Shown here in pieces: positions 36,081 through 50,557 of a DNA stretch of 64,000 bases. Origin of the DNA: Massalongia carnosa (Eukaryota). The stretch spans positions 248,001-312,000 of the forward strand of contig OZ287074.1 in NCBI GenBank assembly GCA_965645245.1. Direction: 5' to 3'. Under the pieces are notes generated by a model, which did no database searches, had not been told where the DNA came from, and saw nothing but the letters and a program-made list of their open reading frames with translations. Every line of letters begins with the position of its first letter. Position 1 is the stretch's first letter. The position numbers were made by a program, and so were the translations under genes.

Positions 36081-36986
36081 CTGCACGATGGGCGTGTGGC
36101 CATGTTTTACAGCATAATGCAACGCCAAGTTTCCATCGCTATCAACGGACATCGCGTTGACCCCCGAATCAAGACATAACCGTACCAGGTCTTCATATCC
36201 CTTCATTGAGGCCAGATGCAGTATTGTTTTTGCATCTTCAGATTTTGTTGCAACGTCAGCCCCCTGTTCTAACAACAGCCTCACCATTAAGGTGTTTCCT
36301 TTTTCTGCCGCTATTAGCAACTGGTTTTGTCCCATAGAGTTTTCATGCTGTTTTAATGACTCCCGGAACAACAACGTTTGAGTTTCATCTTGCTTTAGTT
36401 GTTTTTCATCTGCATTTCGCATATCGTGCGAAGCGCACATATGTTTTTGCAAATTATCCTTTCGCCAGGTCCGGAATTTACAGCTGGGCCATTTGCAATA
36501 GAATCTTGACTTGATGACTGTGTGACTAACTTTGTGACGATTAAGATCGCTGCGGAGTGCAAAGCCTCGACTGCACTCATCGCACTTGTGTGGCTTCGTG
36601 TGTGTTTTGCGATGGCGCCTGCGACAAGACAGGTCAATGTAATGATTATATGATAGCAGGTGGAGATATACGTATAATCCCCGCGCCTTGTATATTTCTT
36701 AGAACAGAATTCACATGTAATTAGTCCTCTCACTTGGGAGGACTGGCTATTCATATCCGCATTTACGCCTCTGAAACAAGAGAGTGGTATTTCCGTAGGA
36801 CTGAGTGTGGAATAACTTTCAAATCATAAAATGGAAGATGATAAAAAAGCGAAGATAACTAGCTATCTTCTTTGTCTCAAGTAACTATTTTATATTTCGA
36901 GGTCACCTTGTACAAAAATTCGTCCAGCTAGAGTGTTGGGCAGTCTTAATGCCCTTTCATCCCAGCCTTGACGGGCAAGTGGGTGC

Positions 36987-37042
36987 AAGGCGCACGGCGT
37001 AAGGCGCACGGCGCAAAGCGCACGGCGTAAGGCGTACGGCGT
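36987..37042. repeat. 14-bp tandem repeat AAGGCGCACGGCGT x4 in a divergent intergenic region
   Basis: Units at 36987, 37001, 37015 and 37029. Confidence 0.9.
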
Positions 37043-37191
37043 AGGGGGGGTAGAGTTAGGTACTCTACACTTAGGAGACGACTTCCCCCATCCAAACCCT
37101 CCGTCTTTCAAGGAAGATATTCCCAAGTCAAGGCCAATTCTATCCTTTCCAATTCTCGCCGATTCATCGCCCTCTCTGAATCACGTCAATT

Positions 37192-37911
37192 ATGTCGAAG
37201 CGCAACGATGACAACGTTCCTGACCAATGCGAAAAGCACCATACGCCATCCGAAACACTCTCTGATGCTTTCAGAGACAATACCCAATGGACGCAGGACA
37301 TGGATTCCTTGCTGTGAGTGGGTTTTTTTTTAACGCTAATGCGAGTATGCCTTTTCAGTGGACATACTCTCATGAATAATTACTTCGATAACGCATACTA
37401 CGGCTCTTTTCCGGTAGGGCCTGCACCCTCTTACAGCGATGATGACATCCCCAATTATGGTGTGCAATCCGATGCCACTCTTCAGGATTATCCCATCGGC
37501 GATAATGGTTTGGATGGTTTGGATGGTTTCATATCGCCGTACAATCTATCAATTCCTATCAGCAGCACAGTCTACACTGCGGCTCCGAACGATTTCGCCA
37601 CAACTTCCACGAACATCACCACGGCTTCTGTAGTCAACACTATAGCCCCAGCAATCATTGCTGCTAACACTAATGCCAACACCAATGCCAACATCAATGC
37701 TAATAACAACACTAACCGCCATCGGTGTCGTCATCATGGATGTATCACAACCTTCAGCCGGCGTGCCGACGTTACACGCCACATGAAAACGCATTCTCAG
37801 CCACAACTTAACTGCCCCGTCAGCGGTTGTGACCGCCAGGGAGACAAGGGTTTCAGTCGCCTGGACAATCTTCGCAATCACCAGCGGAAGAAGCACGGAA
37901 TGGCAGTCTAG
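37192..37911 (+). CDS. Small C2H2 zinc finger protein (2 C-terminal fingers)
   Basis: Exon 1 37192..37313, intron 37314..37358; CRHHGC..FSRRADVTRHMKTH and CPVSGC..FSRLDNLRNHQRKKH. Confidence 0.8.
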
Positions 37912-39089
37912 CTGGAAGGGCATGATACATGACGAGGTGAGGAGCGGAAGAGGGAAGATTGTGACCTGCAGAAACGAAACAGCGATGGATGGGGAGAAGG
38001 GAGAATTTAGTCAACGGCCTAGATATTTGGTTTAAGAAACTTGGATTTTTGTTACGACCCTCACAATGATAACATCGTATTGACATGATCCTGAAAATCT
38101 CCTACATTGGTTAACAGGCCCTCTTCAATCCTCTTCCCCCTTCCTTCCCTTCCCTCACATAGCTACCCAATATCGACCTAATTATTCCCCGACCAAGGGC
38201 TGAGTATGCATGACGGCGTTGATGACTAGCTGCCTCATCAACAAAAATATCCACATGGTGATAGAGAGACCGAAGACGAGGAAAGAAAAACCAAATCGTC
38301 TATCTCCATAGTCCCCCGCCTGACCCCCGCCTGACCCTCTCAGAACCACGGACGGAAGGAGGCCCCTTAAGTAGTTACCTCTTAACGAGTAGGAATCCTT
38401 TGCACATAGGCCCTTAGGTGGCTCGATTGATCTATTGATTGGCTACGTTCATCCCCTCAACACAGGGTCCGAATGTCCAGGAAGGAAAAGGTTATTTTAA
38501 AATGATGAACTCCTGTCAAACAAACCTTTCAATTTGTAGTTAGATCGTTCACTTTGTTCATCATCCACGCCCACGTCTCGCAAAAACAGCAGCAAACAAT
38601 AAACGGCAAAAAATAAAAACGAAGTGTCCAAACTGCCATGTTATATTACATCTCTAGCTAAAGCCTGTTAGGAGTGAGTAGCCGCAGCATTTCAATAAAA
38701 GATCTAGGCTTCAAAACAAATAATATCCTAAACTGAGGGTTCTGATACTGTACAGCCAATAAATGGAAAAGATACAGTCTGTTCGGCCAAATCTTGCGTA
38801 TTCGTTTCCATACGTTAACGAGACTGCTGTGCGCACCCGCCAAAGTTTCGCAACCTGATCTCGATGTTTTGCTGCGCCTCTCGGACTTGAATGCTATATA
38901 TATTTTCATTTCCCTTCGTCCCCGCTAACTTCTCTTCTGTTTCCCGCCAGGTACATATTTAGTGTTTTCGTTTCGTTTCGTTTTCTTTGAACTTCAACAA
39001 AGGAGAGCCTTGATGGCCATGTTCATTTTCATTCTGTTAGTTCTTTTCCATCGCAGCCATCGATCATGGGAGCAGGGACTTCGGCGAAC

Positions 39090-39626
39090 TTAAGGCAAAG
39101 CGGGTACAGATTCAGGGGCCAGACGCCCATGGCCAGGGATCAAGAATATGTTTTGCCAATCCCATGGGGAGGAATATCCGTCCTCGCATTCCTCCCCGAT
39201 TTCGTGGCTGAGGCCGAAGCAGCATAAGAGGTCCCTCCAGAGAAGACACCAATCATGCTTTCCGTCGTACCAAACGCAATAATTGGGGTTGCCGTCAACG
39301 CAGCACGCAAGCCGTTTGGGCGCGCCGTTTTTGCTAGGCAGCTTTTCACAATCAGGAAGGTTGTCGGCGTCGATGTCCGGATATCGGGGCGGATCTTTTT
39401 TCATGGCGATTTTTGATGCGTCGATGGTAGGTATTACTTCTTGGATCTCGGCAAAAGGTACCCTGGGTTCATCTGGCGAAAACTCGACACCGATGAAAAA
39501 ACGAAAAGCATCCGCTGGGGGTTGCTGAGCGATCGGATCGACAGCAGCTGAGTATGGCGTTTTATTCAAGTCTTGCGCATTTGATTTGCCGAGGACGATC
39601 ATGTACATAAAAAAAATGCAGCGCAT
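39090..39626 (-). CDS. Small secreted protein with 8-Cys (C-CC-C-C-CC-C) domain
   Basis: Signal-like N-terminus MRCIFFMYMIVLGKSNA; single-exon 178 aa ORF. Confidence 0.72.
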   Translation of the reverse strand: MRCIFFMYMIVLGKSNAQDLNKTPYSAAVDPIAQQPPADAFRFFIGVEFSPDEPRVPFAEIQEVIPTIDASKIAMKKDPPRYPDIDADNLPDCEKLPSKNGAPKRLACCVDGNPNYCVWYDGKHDWCLLWRDLLCCFGLSHEIGEECEDGYSSPWDWQNIFLIPGHGRLAPESVPALP

Positions 39627-41901
39627 ATTGAAGATTCAAGGCAAATGATCCGACCTCTTAATCTTTAAATTTTAACCACGATGGAGAGAGAGCACCTGGG
39701 ATGTTTTCTTGAGAATTAACACGAAAGATTAAGCACAAGATGCTTTTGCCGTTCCGCTGCCACTTACTATCGCCAAGCTCGAGTCAAGCGTACCGCCCTC
39801 AATCGCTAGCTCTCAATTATCTTTGATCAGCAAGTTCTAGATACTCACAAGCACTTTGAGTGTAGCAAATCAAACCTTGCGACACCGCTGGCCTAATCTC
39901 CAAGATCTAATCATGAGCGCTGTGAGACCTAACTCAAGGGAGTACTACCTGTACCCCTTATCTAGTCGCAGAACAGATCAAACGACACTCTCGGGACGAG
40001 CCAAGTAATTAGGGGGCATTTCATTCCCTAACTCAACCTTTCTCTGAGCCGGGCTCAACTACTGTGCACGATAAGGATTAATACAGAAACTCCCCTTGCT
40101 GAAAACAGCACATGGAGCAAAATGGCGTATCCTATACCTCTAGCCGATAGACACATGCATCCATTTCTGTTCAACCGAGACAATAACTACAAGATTATTA
40201 ATCGTTGTGGGTTCTGTAACGGTAAAACTCGTCTAAATCAAGATGCCACGCCGTGCCATGCAGCTTGAGAACAGGGAATAGTTAGCTCGCGCGCAAGGCG
40301 CATCCGTGCACCTGAAAATCGGGGCTTGTAGATCATTCCAAGCTTCATGACGCTGGAAGGGCTCTTACGAGTTACGTGCTAAATATTGGGGTTTTAGTTG
40401 AAGCCAAATATAATTCCAGCCAAAGACTATGCAGTAGCTTAGGCTCCAGGCTCACTTATATATGATTTGTTCGTGGCATCTATCATTTACTTCGCCTATC
40501 GATGCTTCTACCTTTCCTCGAACGTCCTTTCGCATTGCTGGGCAGAACAGAATATACTCAAGAGGATACAGTTTGTTTTGTTGGATTGCATGCCTTTACC
40601 TATAATTTTTGCTCAAAAGCTCGCCCTTCTCTTGTGACCAAGGACAGGGTACTTCCAATCCACGGTCTTTCCTAGATTCGAGACTCTGCAGACTTCCGGC
40701 GTGCTTCCTAGGCAGTTGGATGTGCTTCTGCGAATTAATTAATGTGCTTATCCAATGAGGAAATGTGCACATTGTGCTGATTAAGTTAGTTGCATTATGG
40801 AAGCCCTGATGAGAAGATGGAAGTAAATTAAATGCCACGAAGTTACATCAAGTGCCCTGAGTTCTGCTGTTGGTCTACAACTGACTTTATATACAATAAG
40901 TACGAACTGGTCATAGTCGGCTTGTTTTTTCACCTCAAGGAAGCCAGTGTACTGGGAAGTTACTCGTCCTTCGAACACGCTGTCCTTTGGATGCCAGGGG
41001 AAATGGCGTTTTGCAACGTCTGCGGCTGCGGAAGAAGAAAGGATGCGAGTTGGACATGGTACCGGTTGGATTCATTCAGAGGCCGAGGGGGGTAAAGCAT
41101 CTTGGAAGACTTATCTCGGAAACATGAATCCGGCATTTCGTCGATAGCTCTTGAGAACACGCGGTATCTAACTAATCCATTAATGCCCTCCCAAACCAAT
41201 GAACAGAATCTCATAACTCAAAGATTATCATAATCCATGTGGATTTTTGCAGAAAGGATTGTTGCGTATACACGACTATCGGCTGCTTCAAGTCGATCAA
41301 CCCCTAAGGGAAGTGGTTTTGGTTTGTGCTGTTGTCGTTCGCTCTCAACCACGTTGTTTGGTTGAGCTATCTGCAGCGTGGTTGACATGGAAGCTAGGTA
41401 GACTTAAAAGGAGAGCTGTATTGGTTTCTGTTCACGTAGCAGCGAAGGTGATGCTTTTATCCTGTCGTTGTTTGGCTATGAGGTCCTATTGACCCAGTGG
41501 ATTTTCCCTTCCTCCTCCTTGATGGGATATTTGATCTAGCTGCTTCATGTTACTGCATAACATAGTTCGTAGATGGATGGGGAAGCGGTTTGGAGGAATA
41601 CTAAAAGCCGGAAGCGCCAAGGAGGGAAGAGGTGATGGCCTAAGAGTCGATATTCTCGAATTCTAAACTGGTCCTCTCATCATCGCACCCTCTTCTCCTC
41701 TCAATAGATCAAAATACGACACATAAAGAAGACGGATTTGACTTTTAGGTGTTCAGCATTCCGAGGTCGCCATAAGAAATACCTTCTAGAATTCCTTTCC
41801 AGTCAACCCTGTATAAGGAAGAACTGGAAAAGAAACATCTCGTTTCCGTTTCATCAAGACATCACCGTAGGTATCCAATTCTAACCCGAAGGATCACGTC
41901 A

Positions 41902-44808
41902 TCACATCATACACCCGCCCGCCTTCGAACTGCCTACCTCCCCGCCCCCAAGTCTAACTCTACGTTTTCCACCGCCGATTAGGTCCGTCAACCCCCAGGT
42001 CTCGACTGCCCATTCGTACCAGACCTTGCGATTGTCGGTGCAGCGCACCATGGTAGCTGTGAGTTCGGCGTGATCAGGGATATAAAGCGGGGTCTGGTTT
42101 TCCTCGGCGGGGATTGTTAGCGGGTTATATTTGGACAAATAAACTCGGATGTTGATTGGAGTAAGGAGATAAGGAACGAGCACTTGAAGAACACGAAGTG
42201 TGAGGGAGAGTTTATATCATCTCTGTAAATGAAAAATAGGATTAGGGAGAAGGGTAGAGCTGTCAAAACTAAATCATGAAATATAACATGCCGGACAAAG
42301 ATGTAGCGGGCAGTTTATTAGAAAGGATCCTCACCTTGAGCGGAAAGAAGATTGGAAACCAGCTCATCATCCCAGGGCTCTTGGCCTCCATGGTAAGCGG
42401 ATTCGTGCTCAACTCGACGCCGGGATACAACACAGCCTCAAAGTATCCAGCTAGACCATGACACACACCTCGATCGCGGGTACGAAACTGGAGGCGAGCA
42501 TGCCTTGTGTTATGCACGTTCAAGCTAGACGCGGGAATGGTGGCCGAAGGTCCATGGCTAAAAGTCCAGGCAGGGAAGATGAACGGGATGGGGGGTGGGT
42601 CGAGGTCTTTCGGAGCCCAGCAGCTAGTGGAGAGAAAGTCAATGGCATGAAGCATGACAACGTAAGGCGTGTTAGGAGCAGTTGGGTCGTTGATAGCACG
42701 AAGGGCGATATCGGCATGAAGCTTAGGGGCGGCAATGGGTGTCAAAAAGGCGGTGTATGAAGTAGGAATGGAAATTCCATGGGTAGTATTCAAAAGTGGG
42801 AGGATGCCGTCGAGACACTCTGGGGAAAGCTCGTTGTCACCAAAGGAGCCAAGTAGCTCCGAGATGAGAATATCGATGGGGGTGTAGACCGGAGACAAAG
42901 GATTCATTGGCGTCGAGGAGGAAGACATTCCCATTGGGTCATGGTACGTTTCTTCGGCGCCATATTGGTCCTCCGAACCTTGTTGAGGATCGCTGATGGC
43001 TGCGGAAGGTTGAGCGACGGAGTCACGCCGAGGACCTTTCCAAGACCGCATATCTGACTGAACGAGATTCACCCGGTTACTCCATTGTTCTTCGTTGTGC
43101 CGCTGCAAAAGGACAAAAGCATTCGGATTCTTCTCCACCGCCCACAGCTCAATCTCAACACCAACGGCCTCGCTAGCTTTAAGAGCCCTTGTCACCAACG
43201 GCCCACGACCGGCTCCTACCACAGCGACTACAACTCGGCCACTAGATCCTGAAGCGGGCTTGTCTTGCTCGACCCAGTCCTTGAGTGCTTTGGCAATGGC
43301 CTTTTCGTATAGTTCATACTTGATCGGATCCTTCTCAAAGACTTCATAGGTAATACTTTCGAGGTTATCCGTCAAGGGCTGCAAAGGAGCTTGGAGATAA
43401 TCCTGATAGCCAGCGCCAAATCGTTCTAAGATTGTTCTTGGTGGCTGTTTTTTCTGAAGATATCGGATATTGCTTAGGTGGGGTGTGGGGTCGGACTTCC
43501 ACCTCTTGCTGTTTTTATGTTCGGTTGGAGCGGTGGCGGTGTTGACGGGAAACTGCTCAGTTTCATATGCCGCGCTCGGACTCATGAATCCATCAGCTCT
43601 TGGGATTATTGCATTAGGGTCGTCGAGCCCTGGAATAGGACCAACATCACAAAGCAAAATCCAAGGAGGATTTCGGATCCGCATGTACTTGCTGATAAGA
43701 TCACGGTGAGGTTTAGAAAGAATTGGCATGGAGTGGGTGTTCCTGTTAAAGGTACGAGAATCGAAACAGAGAATTCGCAGAGGTTCTGAGTGCCATCTTG
43801 CCTGAATGCTGAGGGTCGGAAGTTGTCTGGGAAGTGATAGAGCTAGTCCAGACGTTAGCAGAACTCTAAGCCAAACCTGAAGATAGAAATCAAAGAAATT
43901 GTTAGGGATATACCTCAAGACGATCCAAAAGCTATATCATTGAAAACTAAACCTCACTGGCTCTCAAGACGGAACGAAAAGGGGGCACGGAAGATTGCCA
44001 GCAGAAGTTCAACAAGAAAGTATTGATGCTTTTCCTTACCTACGAATAGCCTAGAGTTATATTTACATACAGTCCTGATGATGTTCCAAGCATCCCAGGT
44101 TCCAAATTCATCCATTTTGTTCTTTTTGACGCCCTCTGACGTGCCGATGTACTCCTCTCGCGCACGGTACGCCAGACTATCCTCTACATCATCCTTTTCG
44201 AACTCCCCGTTATCTATTATCGACAGCTTGATCTCGATTTGAAGATAGTTCGATGCTCCTAGCGCTTCCTGAATTGCCAAGGCATATTGCATTATGCCTT
44301 CGCCATGTAATTGATTGTAGTGTAATTTCGGGCCAGGTATAATGACATTTCCGAACCCGCAGAAAGCGGCATAAGCTATCTCCAAGTCCAACACTTGACG
44401 AGAGAGGCTGTATATAAGAGGGTCTGGGGAGCAAAGATCAATCCAAGGACTGACAATGCCTAGGAGTTGAGATATAGCGTCGCCTGGACTCAAAGGAGTG
44501 TCCGTAGACGATAAGGAAGAGATGATAGGTGTAGGAAGTTGTAACTGAGCTTGTGTGTTCAGCTTGTCGAGATGATTCGCGTGGAGAAGGAGGACTCGAC
44601 TGTGGAAACTTGATGTAGTGATGGGAGTGGTCAGCATATCATACTATAAGCAATGTTAGCTAGGTGAGATGACTGATTCTTCTTGACCAACGTTGCAGTC
44701 CTGTGCCTGACGAAGGACCTGACTCGTCACAGGCAAGGGGCGTTTGCTTTCATGTTGGCCCACATAGAAAGTGGACGGAAGGTCCTCGACAGTAGATGGA
44801 GATTCCAT
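41902..44808 (-). CDS. skb1: Protein arginine N-methyltransferase 5 (Skb1/Hsl7)
   Basis: Exons 44692..44808, 44040..44643, 42335..43842 and 41902..42093. Motifs YQDYLQAPLQPL, VVGAGRGPLV, DILISELLGSFGDNELSPECLD and SWFPIFFP. Confidence 0.95.
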
Positions 44809-45155
44809 GACGATCGACTGGTTTGTGATATGAATCGGTTTCCTTTAGTAACATCTACTAGTCATGATTGAGCTCCTCATAAAGTGTAGAAGATTTGTAG
44901 TCAAGCTCTTCCAAGCGCAGAGCGAGGTACCAAGTACACAGAACCTAGTGCCTTGCATCACGAGTGTGAGGCGGCCAAGCTTTCAGCCCTGCATGGCTTA
45001 GTGTCATCTATTCGGACTATCATAACGCCGTTCACTTCCAGATTTGTTTTCATCCTAATCCATTATTAGCATTTCACCGTTCATCAAACGTCGAGTAGGA
45101 CTACTCACCTACTATTTACATAACCTAACTCAAGTTGAGAGTAATCGCCATCGAC

Positions 45156-47591
<2,436 letters not shown>

Positions 47592-48017
47592 GGACATAAG
47601 CTTCTCGAGCATGCGGGTATATAAAACATGATGGGAGATTTGCAGGGGCGCTGTGGTTTGAAAACGGAGAACCGTCAACCCAGATGTGTCGGTTGACAAC
47701 TTGTCATCATCGTTGAGCATTGCACCTAGATACGAAAATGCCTGGTCCTGTGATCCAGTCTTGTCAGATCATCTCCTCCCGGCGCTTGATGCAATTTGAT
47801 GTGGAAGAACGTGTTTAGCATAACACCGATGCAGGATGTTTCCTTTCTTCCCCATTTGCATATCATGACATTTTACAAAAAACGATATTCACACCGATTG
47901 CATGTTGCGTAGAATCCTACCCACATCTCTATATGCGCCGGCTCCATGTGACTCTTAATTCTCAATCGCTCAGACTTTCCCGCCTCCCCATTAGTTTCAA
48001 CCCACCGTGTACATCCT

Positions 48018-48203
48018 CTACAAGCGAATACTGCCTTTGCCCTGCCCCTGCACCGTCGCTTTCCCTCCAGCTTTGCCTCCTGACGATGGTATCAGATCGT
48101 CTTCCTTAGCATTGACTTCGAGAAAATGATACAGGACGATGAGGAGCATGGATAGCGAACCGAGGAAGATGGCCAGCGAGTAGAGGTCGTTGTCGGAGAT
48201 CAT
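48018..48203 (-). CDS. OST4: Oligosaccharyltransferase subunit 4
   Basis: MISDNDLYSLAIFLGSLSMLLIVLYHFLEVN. Confidence 0.9.
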   Translation of the reverse strand: MISDNDLYSLAIFLGSLSMLLIVLYHFLEVNAKEDDLIPSSGGKAGGKATVQGQGKGSIRL

Positions 48204-48722
48204 AGCGTGATCGATCGGCGAGGTTTTCAAGGTTTTTGCAGCCAAGAACCGGGAGAGGACGAAATGCCACAAGACGGAATCTGTATAGATTAGTTAGGCT
48301 ACCTAGTAGAGATGATTATACCGAGACATACAGTTATGATGCTCAAGTATTCTTCGTCATGTGTAGCGAGGTAGAGACAGATTCGTGGACGTGAAGAACA
48401 GCAGGGCAGGAAGAGTACCGAGTGAACAGATTACATAGTATTAGCTTCTTCAGACGACGAGAAGCTTAGATTAACGTTATCTGCAGAATGAGCGCTAGTC
48501 CCAAATATATAGCACTATGCACGCCCACTACGACGTCCGCCTTGCGAGTGAAAAGTGCTAACCTTTACATTCTCTAGGACCTACTTCATCTCATTCTATT
48601 GTTCATATCGTTAGCCTCTGTGCTCTTTACGGCTTCGTTTCTTTCCGCTGATCGTGTGACTTCTTTACTATCGTTTAAGGCGCTTTGATATCATATTCGA
48701 TCCCCTCGACAGTGTCATCAGG

Positions 48723-50190
48723 ATGCCTCCCAAAAAGGACGTACAGAAGCCAAAGGCTTCTTCGACGAAGATTGTCGATGACAAGGTGAGCATCTTCGCC
48801 TATCCATCTTTATCGGCTTAGTACTAATTTATTCTGTATCATAGACCTTTGGTATGAAAAACGTAAGTCGCAGCTCCAGCGTTCCCCTCTTCCTTAGCAT
48901 GATTTGAATTCCCCTCCAACCGTGAAGATACACTAAATCTTCCTTGCGCACACTATAGAAAAAAGGCGGACAAGCCAAAAAGCAAATTGAGCAGCTCAAA
49001 ACACAGGCCGCATCCGCCAAAACGCCCGAGCAGAAGAAAAAAGACGCGGAAAAAGCGGCGCGCGAGCGAGAGAAGCAGGCATCGGAAGCGCTGAAGCGGG
49101 AAACGGCGGAGCTTTTCAAGCCGGTGCAGGTGCAAAAGGTGGCCTTCGGTGTGGACCCGAAGACGGTGCTGTGTCTGTTCTACAAGCAGGGCAACTGCGA
49201 GAAGGGGCGGAAATGCAAGTTCAGTCATGATTTGGCGGTGGAGCGAAAGGGGGAAAAGAAAGATTTATATCAGGATACAAGGGAAGGAGAGGAGGAGGCG
49301 AAACAGAAAGACGACATGGTGGATTGGGATGAAGGTTCGTTCTTTTCGGAGGTCCGGCGGATTATCGTGGTAGTAGGGAGCGATATACTGACTTGGGGGA
49401 AAACCCACTCGCAGAAAAACTACGCCAAGTGGTTATGAGCAAGCATGGCAACCCCAAAACAACCACGGACAAGGTGTGCAAATACTTCATCGACGCTGTC
49501 GAAAACGGCAAATACGGCTGGTTCTGGACTTGTCCCAACGACGGCGACAAGTGCATGTACAAGCATAGTTTACCCCCAGGGTGCGTTCGGCTAATCCTCC
49601 CTCTACTTTTTCCTTATCTCTCCCAGCATCTTTTCATCTTACCAGCCCATTCCCTTCCCCTTTATCTGTCTATCCACTCCTTTTTTCGTGAATGGACGCA
49701 AAGCCAAAATTAAACCACTATTGATCACCCTTCCGATCGCAGATTCATCCTCAAAACCCGAGAGCAGCGCCTCGCCGAAAAGGCTTCTCTCGAAAAATCG
49801 CCCCTCCAAACCCTAACGCTAGAAGATTTCCTCGAGTCCGAACGGCACAAGCTCACGGGCACTCTAACGCCCGTAACCCCGGAAACATTCGCCGCGTGGA
49901 AGCGCGTGCGGCTGGACAAGAAGGCTGCAGAGGAGGAGGCACGGCGGGCGAAAGAGGAAACGGGCCGCGCGCTGTTCGAAAAGGGAGGGTGGGAGGGGGA
50001 TGAGAACGAAGGGGAAAGCGAAGGGGACGAGGATGAGGACGATGACGGGGATGGGGAGGCCGGTGGGTGGGATACGGAGGAGATACGGAGAGAAACGGAC
50101 AGGATCCGAGAGGAGAGGGAAAGGGAGCGTATAAAAGGTGTCCAAGGGGAGGTGGAGCCAGGGGAAGCGAGCGGGGCGAATGGATCATGA
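48723..50190 (+). CDS. TMA46: Translation machinery-associated protein 46 (ZC3H15/DFRP1-like, two CCCH fingers)
   Basis: Exons 48723..48785, 48845..48862, 48959..49334, 49415..49580 and 49743..50190. Motifs [23 protein letters not shown] and [19 protein letters not shown]. Confidence 0.93.
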
Positions 50191-50557
50191 AAATTTCGGC
50201 GTTGATCTGGTTTTGAAAGTCATTTTAGCGGCATCTGCAGCGTGTGGTTTTTAATTTTCCTCCAACACGCACCGATAATGAAGTACGCCGACGCGGCAAG
50301 CATTCCAGGAGGAAATGAGAGCGTTGGTCAGATGATGAAATTCAGGCAGGAACCCATTAGGGTTACTAGCATTTTCCATTTAAATACTATTATGAGACAG
50401 TTGAGTTTGCTAGATCACCATCCTCGGCGGATTAAACGGCCTCCAGCTCTTCAGCCGTAGTTGAGGCAGCTAGCGCAATCGCACTTTGGCGCACCCTACC
50501 GCTCTACTGGCCTCTCATCGCCATCTCAATGCCTATTCCCTTTCCAACCTATCCATG

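Larger units (their letters stand above)
29830..36754 (-). pseudogene. C2H2 zinc finger (x3) plus ~22 ankyrin repeat protein, disrupted
   Basis: Intron 36619..36671 joins CEFC..RHRKTH, CDEC..HKVSH and CKWPSC..HMCASH to ankyrin ORF 34275..36452. CAG>TAG at 34275..34277. Removing 30079..34211 and one TSD restores VDVHAKDRDRETALHTAARNNY to the stop at 29830. Confidence 0.88.

Noticed and set aside
1..41500. Starship giant transposon
   Set aside because: Cargo-like genes are present, but no DUF3435 tyrosine recombinase or element boundary is recognisable.
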